The position numbers and the translations under genes were made by a program. DNA of 45,880 nucleotides, taken from the NCBI GenBank assembly GCA_017618815.1, contig JAFZTP010000093.1:1-45880 (forward strand). Direction: 5' to 3'. Origin of the DNA: Bacteroidales bacterium (lineage in GTDB: Bacteria; Bacteroidota; Bacteroidia; Bacteroidales; UBA932). Of this stretch, positions 9,820 to 18,664 are shown piece after piece. The notes under the pieces are model-generated. The model searched no databases. It was not told where the DNA came from and saw only the letters and a list, made by a program, of their open reading frames with translations. Numbering within the stretch: the first letter of the stretch is position 1; each line of letters begins with the position of its first letter.

Positions 9820-11049
9820 TTATAACAAGTCATTAAGGTTAACCAAATTGAATGCTACGTAATACTTGTCGATAGCCCTTTCGATAGTGGAAAGGACTAT
9901 GCCTTCAGCATCGATTCCGTTAAGGTTGAGGTTGTTGTAGAGGGTCTGACGGGCTGCTATCGCCTCCGGCTTCTGCCAGATATAGCGGGCGCCGGTCTGG
10001 ATGAGCCACCTCTGACGGTCAGGAGTGATGGACTCGAAATCGTCCGGAGACTCGTTTCCATGAACCCATTTCTTCCACCTTCCGGAAGCGATTACGAGCT
10101 CTTTGAGGATTGCCGTCATGTTGGAGTGCATAGCCACCTGGCCGGCCTCGTAGAGGGAATCCTCCACCTTCTCGAGTTCCTCGAGAGCATTGAATTCGCT
10201 GACAGTGAATTCAGGACCGACATTGGCGGCGCCCATCCTGCAGACAGGATAGTCCTGCGGGTTCTCCACGTCGTCTGTGTAGTGACCTTTTATGAAGCTG
10301 CCATATTCGGCAACGATGGAAGTAAGGTCCTTGGCAACCTCCGGATCGAAGAATGTAGTGTGAAGGTCGGTACCGACTTTTCCGACCACGAAGCATGGCC
10401 ATGCGTCAGAACATCCGTTCTTGGCAAGACCCTCCTTCAGGAGCACGAGGAATTTGCGGAATACAGTCTCGTCAGCGAGTCCGCCGTGGACTTCTTCCGT
10501 TCCGACTTCATAAGCGATTGGAGCGAGGCCCCTTTCCTTTCTGAAGTTCTCTATATGGGTAATGAGTTCGATTGTCCTTTCAGCTACAACCTCGATCTTG
10601 ATCGTCTCGCCTTTTGGAAGGAAGCGGTCGACGGTAGGATCGACATGGATAAGCTCGTATCCAGCAAGCAGCGCTGCTTCATATGATTTCTTGACGCCAT
10701 CCATGGCCTTTTCATATGGCCACATCTCCAAAGTCTGGATGTCCTTGAGCCATGGACCGCCGTGGTCGATCGCTGCAATATACGGGCCAGTATAGTTGTT
10801 TCTCTTGGCCTCGACTTTCATCACTCTGACGAAGTCTTTCTGGGTCATTCCGGTGTATCCGCCGTCATTGTCCACCTGGTTGAGGGTAGCGGCGAACATG
10901 ATAGGAGCGTTATTGCGCTTGGCTGCGCGGAAAGCGGCCTTGATGACGGCCGGCGAGTTCGGGCAGACGGCAAGGAGGGTCATCGGCTTGTGGCCCTCGG
11001 CAGTAAGAGTCTGGACCCTGTCCAGAAGTTGTCTTAGTTTCGGTTTCAT
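9820..11049 (-). CDS. kbaZ: GatZ/KbaZ family protein (tagatose-6-phosphate 4-epimerase / aldolase accessory subunit family)
   Basis: ATLNQVD.DGGYTG, DHGGP, IHVDPT, GTEEVHGG, KGHYTD, ANVGPEFT motifs. Confidence 0.88.
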   Translation of the reverse strand: MKPKLRQLLDRVQTLTAEGHKPMTLLAVCPNSPAVIKAAFRAAKRNNAPIMFAATLNQVDNDGGYTGMTQKDFVRVMKVEAKRNNYTGPYIAAIDHGGPWLKDIQTLEMWPYEKAMDGVKKSYEAALLAGYELIHVDPTVDRFLPKGETIKIEVVAERTIELITHIENFRKERGLAPIAYEVGTEEVHGGLADETVFRKFLVLLKEGLAKNGCSDAWPCFVVGKVGTDLHTTFFDPEVAKDLTSIVAEYGSFIKGHYTDDVENPQDYPVCRMGAANVGPEFTVSEFNALEELEKVEDSLYEAGQVAMHSNMTAILKELVIASGRWKKWVHGNESPDDFESITPDRQRWLIQTGARYIWQKPEAIAARQTLYNNLNLNGIDAEGIVLSTIERAIDKYYVAFNLVNLNDLL

Positions 11050-11058
11050 ATCAATGTC

Positions 11059-12189
11059 CTAGTATTTATAGATCTTGACTCCGCTTACTACTCTGGAGAT
11101 GGCGCCTCGGATGGAAGGATTGTCCGGAGACAGACCATGGTCGAGCGAGAAGAAGTATCCCGCGAGCTGGCCTACCATCACGAATGGAGCGCATACGTAT
11201 TCGTTATCCTTGAGAAGTTCCGGCTTAGGAGCATTGATCTCGAAATCCAGAATATCCTTGACCCCTGACGGAGTAACAGAAATAACCACCTGGGCTGCAG
11301 GATGATTGTCATGGTCCACCTGCTCGATGAGGTCGAGCTCATACTGGCGTGTGTATGGATTCTCTGAAAGAAGATATACCACGAGAGTTTCTTCGTTGAT
11401 CACGGCCTTAGGTCCATGCCTGAGACCCATGAAAGAGTCGAATGCGCATACGATGCCTCCGTCAGTCAGCTCCTGGAGCTTGAGGTGGCTCTCGCAGGCG
11501 ATGCCCTTGAGAGGACCGGAACCGAGGAATACGGCTCTCTTGATCTTCTTGTCGGCGAGCTTCTTGATCTTGTCTGCGACCTCGCTGTTGACGATATAGT
11601 CGGCGAAATCAGCGGCAGCCTGAAGCTTTGCGCGCTCACCCTCCAGGGAAGCCACGTTCTTGCAGAGAAGGCTGGTCACCAGCATTGATGTGAAGCTGCT
11701 GGTCATGGCGAGACTCCTGTCATTGGTCCCGTCAGGAAGCACGATCACGAAATCCTTTCCCGGCACGGCTATCTTGGCAAGCTCTCCGTCAGGATTGCAG
11801 GTGATAATGAGATGGTTGGAACCCTTGCAGAACTTGTTGGCCACCTCATAGGCGGCGACGCTCTCAGGACTGTTTCCTGAACGTCCGAAAGAGATGAAGA
11901 GCTTAGGTGTGTGACTCAGGAAATACTCCGGAGCGGAAACGATGTCGGTAGTAGCGACAGCCTTCGCCTGGACATATCCTGCCTTCATGTATTCGCATAC
12001 TGCCGTGTCGGCGATATAGGCAGAAGATCCGGCGCCGGTAAGGATGATCTCGGAGTCTTTGTTGATTGAATTCTGTTCGAGGAACTTCTCGAGTTCCTTC
12101 TTCTGGCTTAATACAATGTCGTAAGTATCCATCCACATCTTTGGCTGATGCGCGATCTCACGTATTGTGTAGCAATCTAGGTTCAGCAT
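11059..12189 (-). CDS. agaS: Double-SIS protein, AgaS-like galactosamine-6-phosphate deaminase/isomerase
   Basis: REIAHQP, LTGAGSS, SFGRSGNSPES, AMTSSFT, LKLQELT, GLRHGPK, PDNPS..G.ISRVV.GV.IY. Confidence 0.9.
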   Translation of the reverse strand: MLNLDCYTIREIAHQPKMWMDTYDIVLSQKKELEKFLEQNSINKDSEIILTGAGSSAYIADTAVCEYMKAGYVQAKAVATTDIVSAPEYFLSHTPKLFISFGRSGNSPESVAAYEVANKFCKGSNHLIITCNPDGELAKIAVPGKDFVIVLPDGTNDRSLAMTSSFTSMLVTSLLCKNVASLEGERAKLQAAADFADYIVNSEVADKIKKLADKKIKRAVFLGSGPLKGIACESHLKLQELTDGGIVCAFDSFMGLRHGPKAVINEETLVVYLLSENPYTRQYELDLIEQVDHDNHPAAQVVISVTPSGVKDILDFEINAPKPELLKDNEYVCAPFVMVGQLAGYFFSLDHGLSPDNPSIRGAISRVVSGVKIYKY

Positions 12190-12208
12190 ATTATCGTTTA
12201 TATATTAA

Positions 12209-12321
12209 TTTTCGATACCAATTCGCTTACAAAACTAAAGAATGTTTATTTATTTTCAAAACTTTTGGAGTAAAAAACTCTGAATTTTCGTAAGTTTTCG
12301 TTCGAATCATATTAATTTTCA
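12209..12321. promoter_or_regulatory. Divergent agaS/agaR promoter region with candidate AgaR operator repeats
   Basis: TTTTC(G/A) at 12209, 12253, 12285, 12295, 12316; minus-strand TAGTTTTG (-7 element) at 12230-12237. Confidence 0.5.
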
Positions 12322-12396
12322 GAAATTTATTGGTTTTTAAGAAATAAAGCCGTACCTTTACTTTGTAAACAATCCGCTAGAATAGCCGAAAGAACC

Positions 12397-13182
12397 ATGA
12401 AAAGAAAATTCTCAGCCGAGGAACGCAGAAGCCTTCTGCTCAATCAGTTAAAGAATGAGGGGAAAATTCTTATCTCCGACCTCATGAAACAGTTCGATGT
12501 CTCTGAAGTATCCATCCGCAAAGATCTCGCAGTCCTGGAAGAGAGAAAGCTGCTTCTCCGTGTCAAAGGAGGAGCTGTAAACATGCATCAGTCCGTCGAT
12601 TACGACGACATGAGCATCAGCCAGAAACAGCGTCTCCACTCCCGCGAAAAGCAGCTGATCGGAAAGTTCGCAGCCTCGATGATCACGAACGGAGAGACCG
12701 TGATCCTGGATTCCGGCACTACGGCCATGGAGATCGCCAAGAATCTCGAAGGCCTTAACAACTTGACTATCATCACAAACGCCCTGGACATCGCCATCAC
12801 CCTCAACCACTACGACAGGTTCAACGTGATCGCTCTCGGCGGCAAGATGAGATCGGTATCATATTCTACGGTGGGCATGCTCGCAGAGTCCGCCCTGAAG
12901 AATTTCTACTGCGACAAACTCTTCCTCGGAGTCGATTCGGTCAGCATAAAGGACGGAATATCAACTCCTAACCTCGAGGAGGCCAGCCTCAACCAGGCGA
13001 TGATCAACTCGGCGAAAGAGGTCATCGCGATCTTCGACTCCAGCAAGCTCGGACGAAGGAGTTTCGTGCATATCGCAGCCCTTGACAAGATTGACACAAT
13101 AATCACGGATTCAGGCATTTCTCCTGACTTCAAGGACTATGTCGAAGCATCCGGCATCAAGCTCCACATCGTGGACCTTTAA
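12397..13182 (+). CDS. agaR: DeoR/GlpR family repressor, AgaR-like
   Basis: HTH VSEVSIRKDL; LDSGTT, TNAL, DKLFLGVD; divergent from agaS. Confidence 0.85.
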   Translation: MKRKFSAEERRSLLLNQLKNEGKILISDLMKQFDVSEVSIRKDLAVLEERKLLLRVKGGAVNMHQSVDYDDMSISQKQRLHSREKQLIGKFAASMITNGETVILDSGTTAMEIAKNLEGLNNLTIITNALDIAITLNHYDRFNVIALGGKMRSVSYSTVGMLAESALKNFYCDKLFLGVDSVSIKDGISTPNLEEASLNQAMINSAKEVIAIFDSSKLGRRSFVHIAALDKIDTIITDSGISPDFKDYVEASGIKLHIVDL

Positions 13183-13255
13183 TACCTATTATTATATATA
13201 GTAAGGTCTGGAGTTTATTTTTTATATATAATTTTGCAAATATTCTTTCTTTTCT

Positions 13256-13263
13256 TAACTTTG
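13256..13263 (+). promoter_or_regulatory. -7 promoter element for the EamA gene
   Basis: TAACTTTG about 40 nt upstream of the ATG. Confidence 0.55.
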
Positions 13264-13302
13264 CGTAAGACATAAAGGTTAATTATCGAAAGAAATTCAG
13301 AT

Positions 13303-14166
13303 ATGGCAAAGAAACACAATTGGCTTCTCTATGCTCTGATTACCGTGGTGACATGGGGTATCTGGGGCGCATTCTCATCAACACCTGACTATCCTGCAAC
13401 CCTTACCTATGTGGTCTGGGCGATAAGCATGGTCCCGTGCGCTCTTGTAGCATTGTCCAATATCAAGTTTAAGCTTGACACAAACCCGAAAGGAGTAATC
13501 CTCAGCATGGGAGTAGGCCTTCTCGGAGCCGGCGGACAACTGATCCTCTTCGAAGCCCTGAAGCATGGACCTGCATATCTGATCTTCCCTCTCATCTCCG
13601 TCGCCCCTATCGTGACAGTGATTCTCTCTACGGTATTCCTCAAGGAAAGGGTCAGCAAGCTGGGCGCTGTCGGAATACTCCTGGCCTTCGTAGCCCTCGT
13701 CTGCTTCTCGCTCTCGAGCGGATCCGACGAAGCCGCAAAGGACAACCTCTGGATAATCCTCGCCTCTCTGGTGTTCATCTGCTGGGGTACCCAGGCCTTC
13801 GTAATGAAGCTTGCCAACAACCACACCCCAGACGCAGAAAGCGTATTCGTCTACATGGCGATCTCGGCAGTAGTGCTGATTCCGTTCGCCCTGATGATGA
13901 CCGATTTCTCGCAGCCTATCAACACCTCTTTCAACGGACCTTATCTTACTTTCTGCATACAGATACTGAACTCTATCGGCGCATTCGCCCTCGTATATGC
14001 CAACAGGTATGGAAAGGCAATGCTCGTGGCCCCGCTCGCCGACGCACTCGCCCCGGTGATTACAACGGCCATCTCGCTGGTGCTCTACGCCCACATCCCT
14101 GGCGTCGCCCAGATCATCGGTATCGTATCGGCAATCAGCTGCGTGCTGATCTTCAGCAGGGAGTAA
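13303..14166 (+). CDS. DMT/EamA family inner-membrane transporter
   Basis: About 10 hydrophobic segments in two repeats; WGIWG, FLKERVS. Confidence 0.88.
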   Translation: MAKKHNWLLYALITVVTWGIWGAFSSTPDYPATLTYVVWAISMVPCALVALSNIKFKLDTNPKGVILSMGVGLLGAGGQLILFEALKHGPAYLIFPLISVAPIVTVILSTVFLKERVSKLGAVGILLAFVALVCFSLSSGSDEAAKDNLWIILASLVFICWGTQAFVMKLANNHTPDAESVFVYMAISAVVLIPFALMMTDFSQPINTSFNGPYLTFCIQILNSIGAFALVYANRYGKAMLVAPLADALAPVITTAISLVLYAHIPGVAQIIGIVSAISCVLIFSRE

Positions 14167-14214
14167 AAGAAAAATACGTTTCATTCGTTAATAGTAGTTC
14201 TTGAATTTGAAACG

Positions 14215-14250
14215 TTAACCCCGGAAGTAATAGCTGGCTTCCGGGGTTAA
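14215..14250. terminator. Stem-loop, probable terminator after the EamA gene
   Basis: TTAACCCCGGAAG-N10-CTTCCGGGGTTAA perfect 13-bp inverted repeat. Confidence 0.7.
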
Positions 14251-14319
14251 TTATGTATATAGGTATTGACCGGAAATTCGTATATTTGATCCAGCTAAGA
14301 CTAAATGACATTAACACTG

Positions 14320-15639
14320 ATGAAACGATTATTGACACTGGCCCTGGCCACAGTATTCGCAGTCTGTGCCGCAGATGCCCAGACTTATGACGTACTCGAG
14401 CAAGTCCGCTCCGACTGGAGAAAAGCCGCAGGCATGGAAGGGCCGCACAGGATCAACCCCGAAGATTTCGGCACCATGAGCATGGCCCCGGCGGGCTACA
14501 GGCCATTCTACATCAGCCACTATGGCCGCCACGGATCCAGGACGGCATGGAACTCCGAGACATACTCCTACCTCCAGGATGTGTTGACCAAGGGACATGA
14601 GGCCGGAAACCTCACCGAAAAAGGCGAAGACTTCTACAGACGCTACGAAGATTTCTATCTTATCCCATACATCAACTCCGGAGACCTGATGCCTCTCGGA
14701 TACGAGCAGCACAAAGTAATAAGCAACTGGACATACGAGAACTTCCCTGAAGTATTCGAAGGGGAGAGAAAAGTCAATGCTATCGTGTCCACTTCTTCAA
14801 GGAGCATCGTCAGCATGGCTTCTTTCTGCGTGGAGCTCAAGGGGCACAATCCCAAGTTGGACATCTACCAGGAATCGACCCACGCAGGCATGTGCATAGC
14901 GGCTCCGGTTGACGCTCCGAAGCAGCTGAGGCGCTATTTCAAGGGCCAGTTCGACAAGCCTGCCCGCCCTTCCGGCTTTCAGGAAAAACTGTACGACCAC
15001 GACGACGTGCTCTCCATTTTCTTCAAGGACACGGATGCCCTGAGGCACCACAAGGGCGGAAAGTCCAGGGTATGCTCCAGAATCGTGAGCATCGTTTCAG
15101 GATACAGGAACATAACAGACGAGCCGATATTCGAGGGCTTCATCCCGAACGAGCTTCTCGTGAAAATATGGGAATCGGGCAACTACGGCTCATACACGAG
15201 CTACCAGCGCAAGCGTTACGGCCACATCCCGCTGCTCGAGGACGTAATCGCCAAATCGGACGCAGCGATTGCCGACCGCAGCATCGCGGCCAACCTCCGC
15301 TTCGGACACGACTATGTCGCAGAAGGACTTCTGTTCCTCATAAATGCCAACGGATGCTCCACTCTCGTGGACAAGGCCGAGGATGCCAAATACTGGTTCC
15401 AGAGCTACAATATCCCGATGGCGGCCACGATACTGTTCGTGTTCTATGAGAATAAGAAAGGGGATGTCATATTCAAGCTGGTGCTGAATGAGCATGAGGC
15501 AACCTTGCCGCAGCTGACTCCTGTCGAGGGCTGCTACTATCGCTGGTCTGACTTCAAGGTCTGGGCCGCGCAGCTCCTGGCGGAACACCCGGAGCTCTCA
15601 AAAGAAGAAGCCGAAGCCGCCTCGAAAGACGCCGACTAG
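14320..15639 (+). CDS. Secreted histidine acid phosphatase (clade 2, MINPP/phytase-like)
   Basis: HYGRHGSR (RHGxR) and FGHD motifs; signal peptide; ATG at 14320 preferred over 14305. Confidence 0.88.
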   Translation: MKRLLTLALATVFAVCAADAQTYDVLEQVRSDWRKAAGMEGPHRINPEDFGTMSMAPAGYRPFYISHYGRHGSRTAWNSETYSYLQDVLTKGHEAGNLTEKGEDFYRRYEDFYLIPYINSGDLMPLGYEQHKVISNWTYENFPEVFEGERKVNAIVSTSSRSIVSMASFCVELKGHNPKLDIYQESTHAGMCIAAPVDAPKQLRRYFKGQFDKPARPSGFQEKLYDHDDVLSIFFKDTDALRHHKGGKSRVCSRIVSIVSGYRNITDEPIFEGFIPNELLVKIWESGNYGSYTSYQRKRYGHIPLLEDVIAKSDAAIADRSIAANLRFGHDYVAEGLLFLINANGCSTLVDKAEDAKYWFQSYNIPMAATILFVFYENKKGDVIFKLVLNEHEATLPQLTPVEGCYYRWSDFKVWAAQLLAEHPELSKEEAEAASKDAD

Positions 15640-16055
15640 CGCTCGATCTTGACGAGCTTGATATCGAAGATGAGGGTACTCCATGCGGGGATACCCTCCA
15701 TTTTTTTAGGGCCATAGGCCCATTTGGCCGGGATCGTGACCTCATAGCGGTCGCCTTCGTGCATGCGCGTAAGCGCAATCTGCCAGCCCATGATAAGGTC
15801 GCGGACCATGAACAGGGCCGGGAGCTGGTCGCCTTCAGTCGAATCGAAGACAGTGCCGTCGATCAGGCGTCCTGTATAATGAACATAGACGATGCCGCCC
15901 GGAGTCGGACACTTCTCTCCATATCCAATCTCAAGCTGCTTCATTATCACTCCGTTGTCAAGCACCTTCACGCCCTCTTCGAGGGCCTTTTCCTGAAGAT
16001 ACTTTTCGTTGTCGATCCTGTAGACTTTCTCTTTTATGGTCTTCCTGTTTGCCAT
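15636..16055 (-). CDS. FKBP-type peptidyl-prolyl cis-trans isomerase
   Basis: VHYTGRLIDGTVFDS, IPAKWAYG, IPAWSTLIFDIKL. Confidence 0.95.
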   Translation of the reverse strand: MANRKTIKEKVYRIDNEKYLQEKALEEGVKVLDNGVIMKQLEIGYGEKCPTPGGIVYVHYTGRLIDGTVFDSTEGDQLPALFMVRDLIMGWQIALTRMHEGDRYEVTIPAKWAYGPKKMEGIPAWSTLIFDIKLVKIER

Positions 16056-16076
16056 ATGATTCAGTATTTATGATCC

Positions 16077-16655
16077 CTAGAAGTCCCTGGCGATTTCGAG
16101 GCCCTCCGCTATGCAGCCGGAGACCTTCGCTTCGATTTCTTCAGGGGTGCTGTAGTCCATGTTCGTGGCGGCTATGGTCTCGAGCTCGCCGAGGTTCCAG
16201 AGAGTCGAGAGCGCCTTGATGTACGGAGTCCCCTGCTCGCGCGGGTCGCCGGTCGGGATGTCCATTCCGCGAGTCGTGATGTAGAGGACCTTCTTGCATT
16301 TGCATAGCCCGTAGCAGGCCTTGTCGTCGCTGTCGAATGTGATTCCGAAGAGGGAAGTCTGCTCGAAGAATACTTTCAGCACTGACGGGAAACTCATGTC
16401 CCAGAACGGGGCTGCGATCACGATCCTGTCGGCCTCGGCAATGGTCCTGGCGGCTTCTGCGGCCCATTCAGGAACGATTTTCACTGCTCTCTCGGCGTAG
16501 GCCGCAGGGCTGAGCGGTTCGAGGTTCATTTCCGGAAGGCGGAATGTCGAGATCTCATACCTTTCTCCCAGGGCTTTGATTATCGGTTCTGCGATCCTGC
16601 GGGTGCGGGAGTCGTTTTCGCGGACACATGCGTCTATGTAAACAAGCTTTGCCAT
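16077..16655 (-). CDS. Flavodoxin-fold NAD(P)H oxidoreductase (FMN-dependent azoreductase-like)
   Basis: Start MAKLVYIDACVR..SRT; ADRIVIAAPFWDMSFPSVLK; YITTRG. Confidence 0.88.
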   Translation of the reverse strand: MAKLVYIDACVRENDSRTRRIAEPIIKALGERYEISTFRLPEMNLEPLSPAAYAERAVKIVPEWAAEAARTIAEADRIVIAAPFWDMSFPSVLKVFFEQTSLFGITFDSDDKACYGLCKCKKVLYITTRGMDIPTGDPREQGTPYIKALSTLWNLGELETIAATNMDYSTPEEIEAKVSGCIAEGLEIARDF

Positions 16656-16750
16656 CGTTAATTTGTTTTTCGATGCAAATATAATCAGAAATACCCAATG
16701 TAGCATGGTTGTTGTATTTACCGAGCCAACCATAACTATCGTTAATGAAT

Positions 16751-17377
16751 ATGAAAAAGATCCTTTGTCTGTTTGCAGCCATGATGCTGGCGATGACAGC
16801 ATTTGTAGCAGGAGCGGAGACTCCTGAAGAAATCGTTTCCCGGATGGAGGCCGCGATAAACTCGCGGGCTGAGGACGGCATCGCGATGACCATAAGAGTA
16901 AAGGTGCCGATCGTGGGCGAGATGTGTACGAAGACCTATTCCCGTGGCAAGAAATCGCTTACCAAGAGCAACGTGAAGGGGGTTGATTGTTTCGTATGGA
17001 CCGACGGTGGTCAGATATGGACTTACAACAACAAGACAAACGAGATTTATTATGCGAAGGGCTCGTCTTCGCCGGACAACGACAATATGGCACTGTTCGA
17101 CGGGATTGCGGACGGATATGACTTATGTCTGGTCGAGGAGGACGAGAAATCCTGGACGCTGAAGGGATCGAAGATGAAGTCTAATGAGGACGACGAAGCG
17201 CCAAAGAAGCTGGAGATTGTAATCGCGAAAGGCTCGTATTATCCTGTCTGCCTGAGCACAAAGATGAAGGGAATCTCCATGAGGATGGAGGAAATCACGT
17301 TTGGTATCACGGAGGAGCAGGTTACGTTCAATCGGGACAAGTTTCCCGGCGTACCGATAATTGACAAATCGAAATAA
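16751..17377 (+). CDS. Secreted protein, LolA-like (lipoprotein carrier) fold
   Basis: Signal peptide; WTDGGQIWTYN..TNEI pattern; C-terminal FNRDKFPG. Confidence 0.6.
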   Translation: MKKILCLFAAMMLAMTAFVAGAETPEEIVSRMEAAINSRAEDGIAMTIRVKVPIVGEMCTKTYSRGKKSLTKSNVKGVDCFVWTDGGQIWTYNNKTNEIYYAKGSSSPDNDNMALFDGIADGYDLCLVEEDEKSWTLKGSKMKSNEDDEAPKKLEIVIAKGSYYPVCLSTKMKGISMRMEEITFGITEEQVTFNRDKFPGVPIIDKSK

Positions 17378-17378
17378 A

Positions 17379-17537
17379 TCAGAATGAGAACGGATTGTCT
17401 TCGAAAGAATTGTAGTTTGAGTTCTCGCTTATCTTGCTTTTACTTCTGCTGCCGCTGTCACATATGACGCCTTCCGTCTTCACGACGAAGACTTCCACCA
17501 GCGGTCTTACATAATTACTTTTTTCCGGGTTTTTCAT
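17379..17537 (-). CDS. Unannotated 52-aa small protein with YxxPxxEV...EGxIC.S leader-like motif
   Basis: MKNPEKSNYVRPLVEVFVVKTEGVICDSGSRSKSKISENSNYNSFEDNPFSF*; fills the gap; own TATCTTTG element at 17562-17569 (minus). Confidence 0.7.
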   Translation of the reverse strand: MKNPEKSNYVRPLVEVFVVKTEGVICDSGSRSKSKISENSNYNSFEDNPFSF

Positions 17538-17683
17538 AGCTTGTAAAATTTAACTGGGCATCAAAGATATTGATTTTCAATGTAAAATGCAATAACCCAC
17601 CTTTATAAAGGCAAAAAAAATGCCACGGAAGAAAACAATAGGAGTATTTTCGTTATTTTTGTAACATACAAAAAAGATTGATT

Positions 17684-18652
17684 ATGCAGATTGACGCTGT
17701 ATTGCTATGGGTTGACGGAAACGATCCAGCCCTGACCGAAAAGAGGAGCAGGTACGCCCCCGCAGACGCTTTGAAGATGAGCGATGTCGCTGGCGCCACG
17801 AGGTATGCCAACGTCGGGGAAATATTCTGGTGCGTCGCCTCGCTCAACCGCTTCGCGTCTTTCCTGCATAAGATCTATATCATTACAGACGGACAGGATC
17901 CGCATCTGGACCCGTTCCTGGAGAAGAATTTCCCATCCGGACATATCCCATACGAAATTGTGGACCACAAGACCATCTTCAAGGGCTACGAAGAGTATCT
18001 TCCGGTCTTCAATTCGACTTCGATCGAGACGATGATGTGGAGAATTCCAGGGCTCAGCGAGCATTTCATTCTTCTGAACGACGATTTCGTGCTGCTGAAG
18101 CCGTGCAGTCCGTCGGATTTCTTCACCGCATCCGGAGACCCGATCTGCTACGCGGGACGGTACTGCGCTCCGTGGGCAAGGCTTATGGGCAAGCTGAAGA
18201 GCCTGAAGATCGGACATGAGGCCTGCACTTTCAAGCGCATGATGCTGGTCGCCGCGGATATCGTTGGCCAGAAGAAGTACATCCTCTATCTGGGCCATAC
18301 CCCTCGAGGACTGCGACGGAGTTTCTTCGAGGAGTTCTATGCTGCGCATCCGGAGCATCTGATATCCAATATCCGCGACAAGTTCAGGCATCCGTCACAG
18401 TACCAGACGCAGGAACTGGAGTATCTGGCGCTTCAGAAGGAGGGCCGGGTCGAAGTCCGTCCGCATTCTGATGTCCTTATATACATGGAGCCGAAGCCGA
18501 AGCCGGATTATCTGCATAAGAAGATAGTAAAGGCCGGGCAGGAGAAATATAAGTTCTGCTGCTTCAACGGCATCGACCAGGCTTCCGCAGAAGACATCTC
18601 GATGATCCGCTCCTGGATCGAGGCCAAGCTTTCATTGAAGCCATCCGAATAA
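17684..18652 (+). CDS. Stealth family sugar-1-phosphate transferase
   Basis: CR1 IDAVLLWVDGND; CR2 IVDHKTIF..YLPVFNSTSIE..IPGLSEHFILLNDDF; CR3 HTP; CR4 FCCFN. Confidence 0.92.
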   Translation: MQIDAVLLWVDGNDPALTEKRSRYAPADALKMSDVAGATRYANVGEIFWCVASLNRFASFLHKIYIITDGQDPHLDPFLEKNFPSGHIPYEIVDHKTIFKGYEEYLPVFNSTSIETMMWRIPGLSEHFILLNDDFVLLKPCSPSDFFTASGDPICYAGRYCAPWARLMGKLKSLKIGHEACTFKRMMLVAADIVGQKKYILYLGHTPRGLRRSFFEEFYAAHPEHLISNIRDKFRHPSQYQTQELEYLALQKEGRVEVRPHSDVLIYMEPKPKPDYLHKKIVKAGQEKYKFCCFNGIDQASAEDISMIRSWIEAKLSLKPSE

Positions 18653-18664
18653 GGCCGTTCATCT

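Noticed and set aside
16656-16802. 49-aa N-terminal extension of the azoreductase-like ORF
   Set aside because: Overlaps the divergent gene and promoter; family similarity begins at Met 16655
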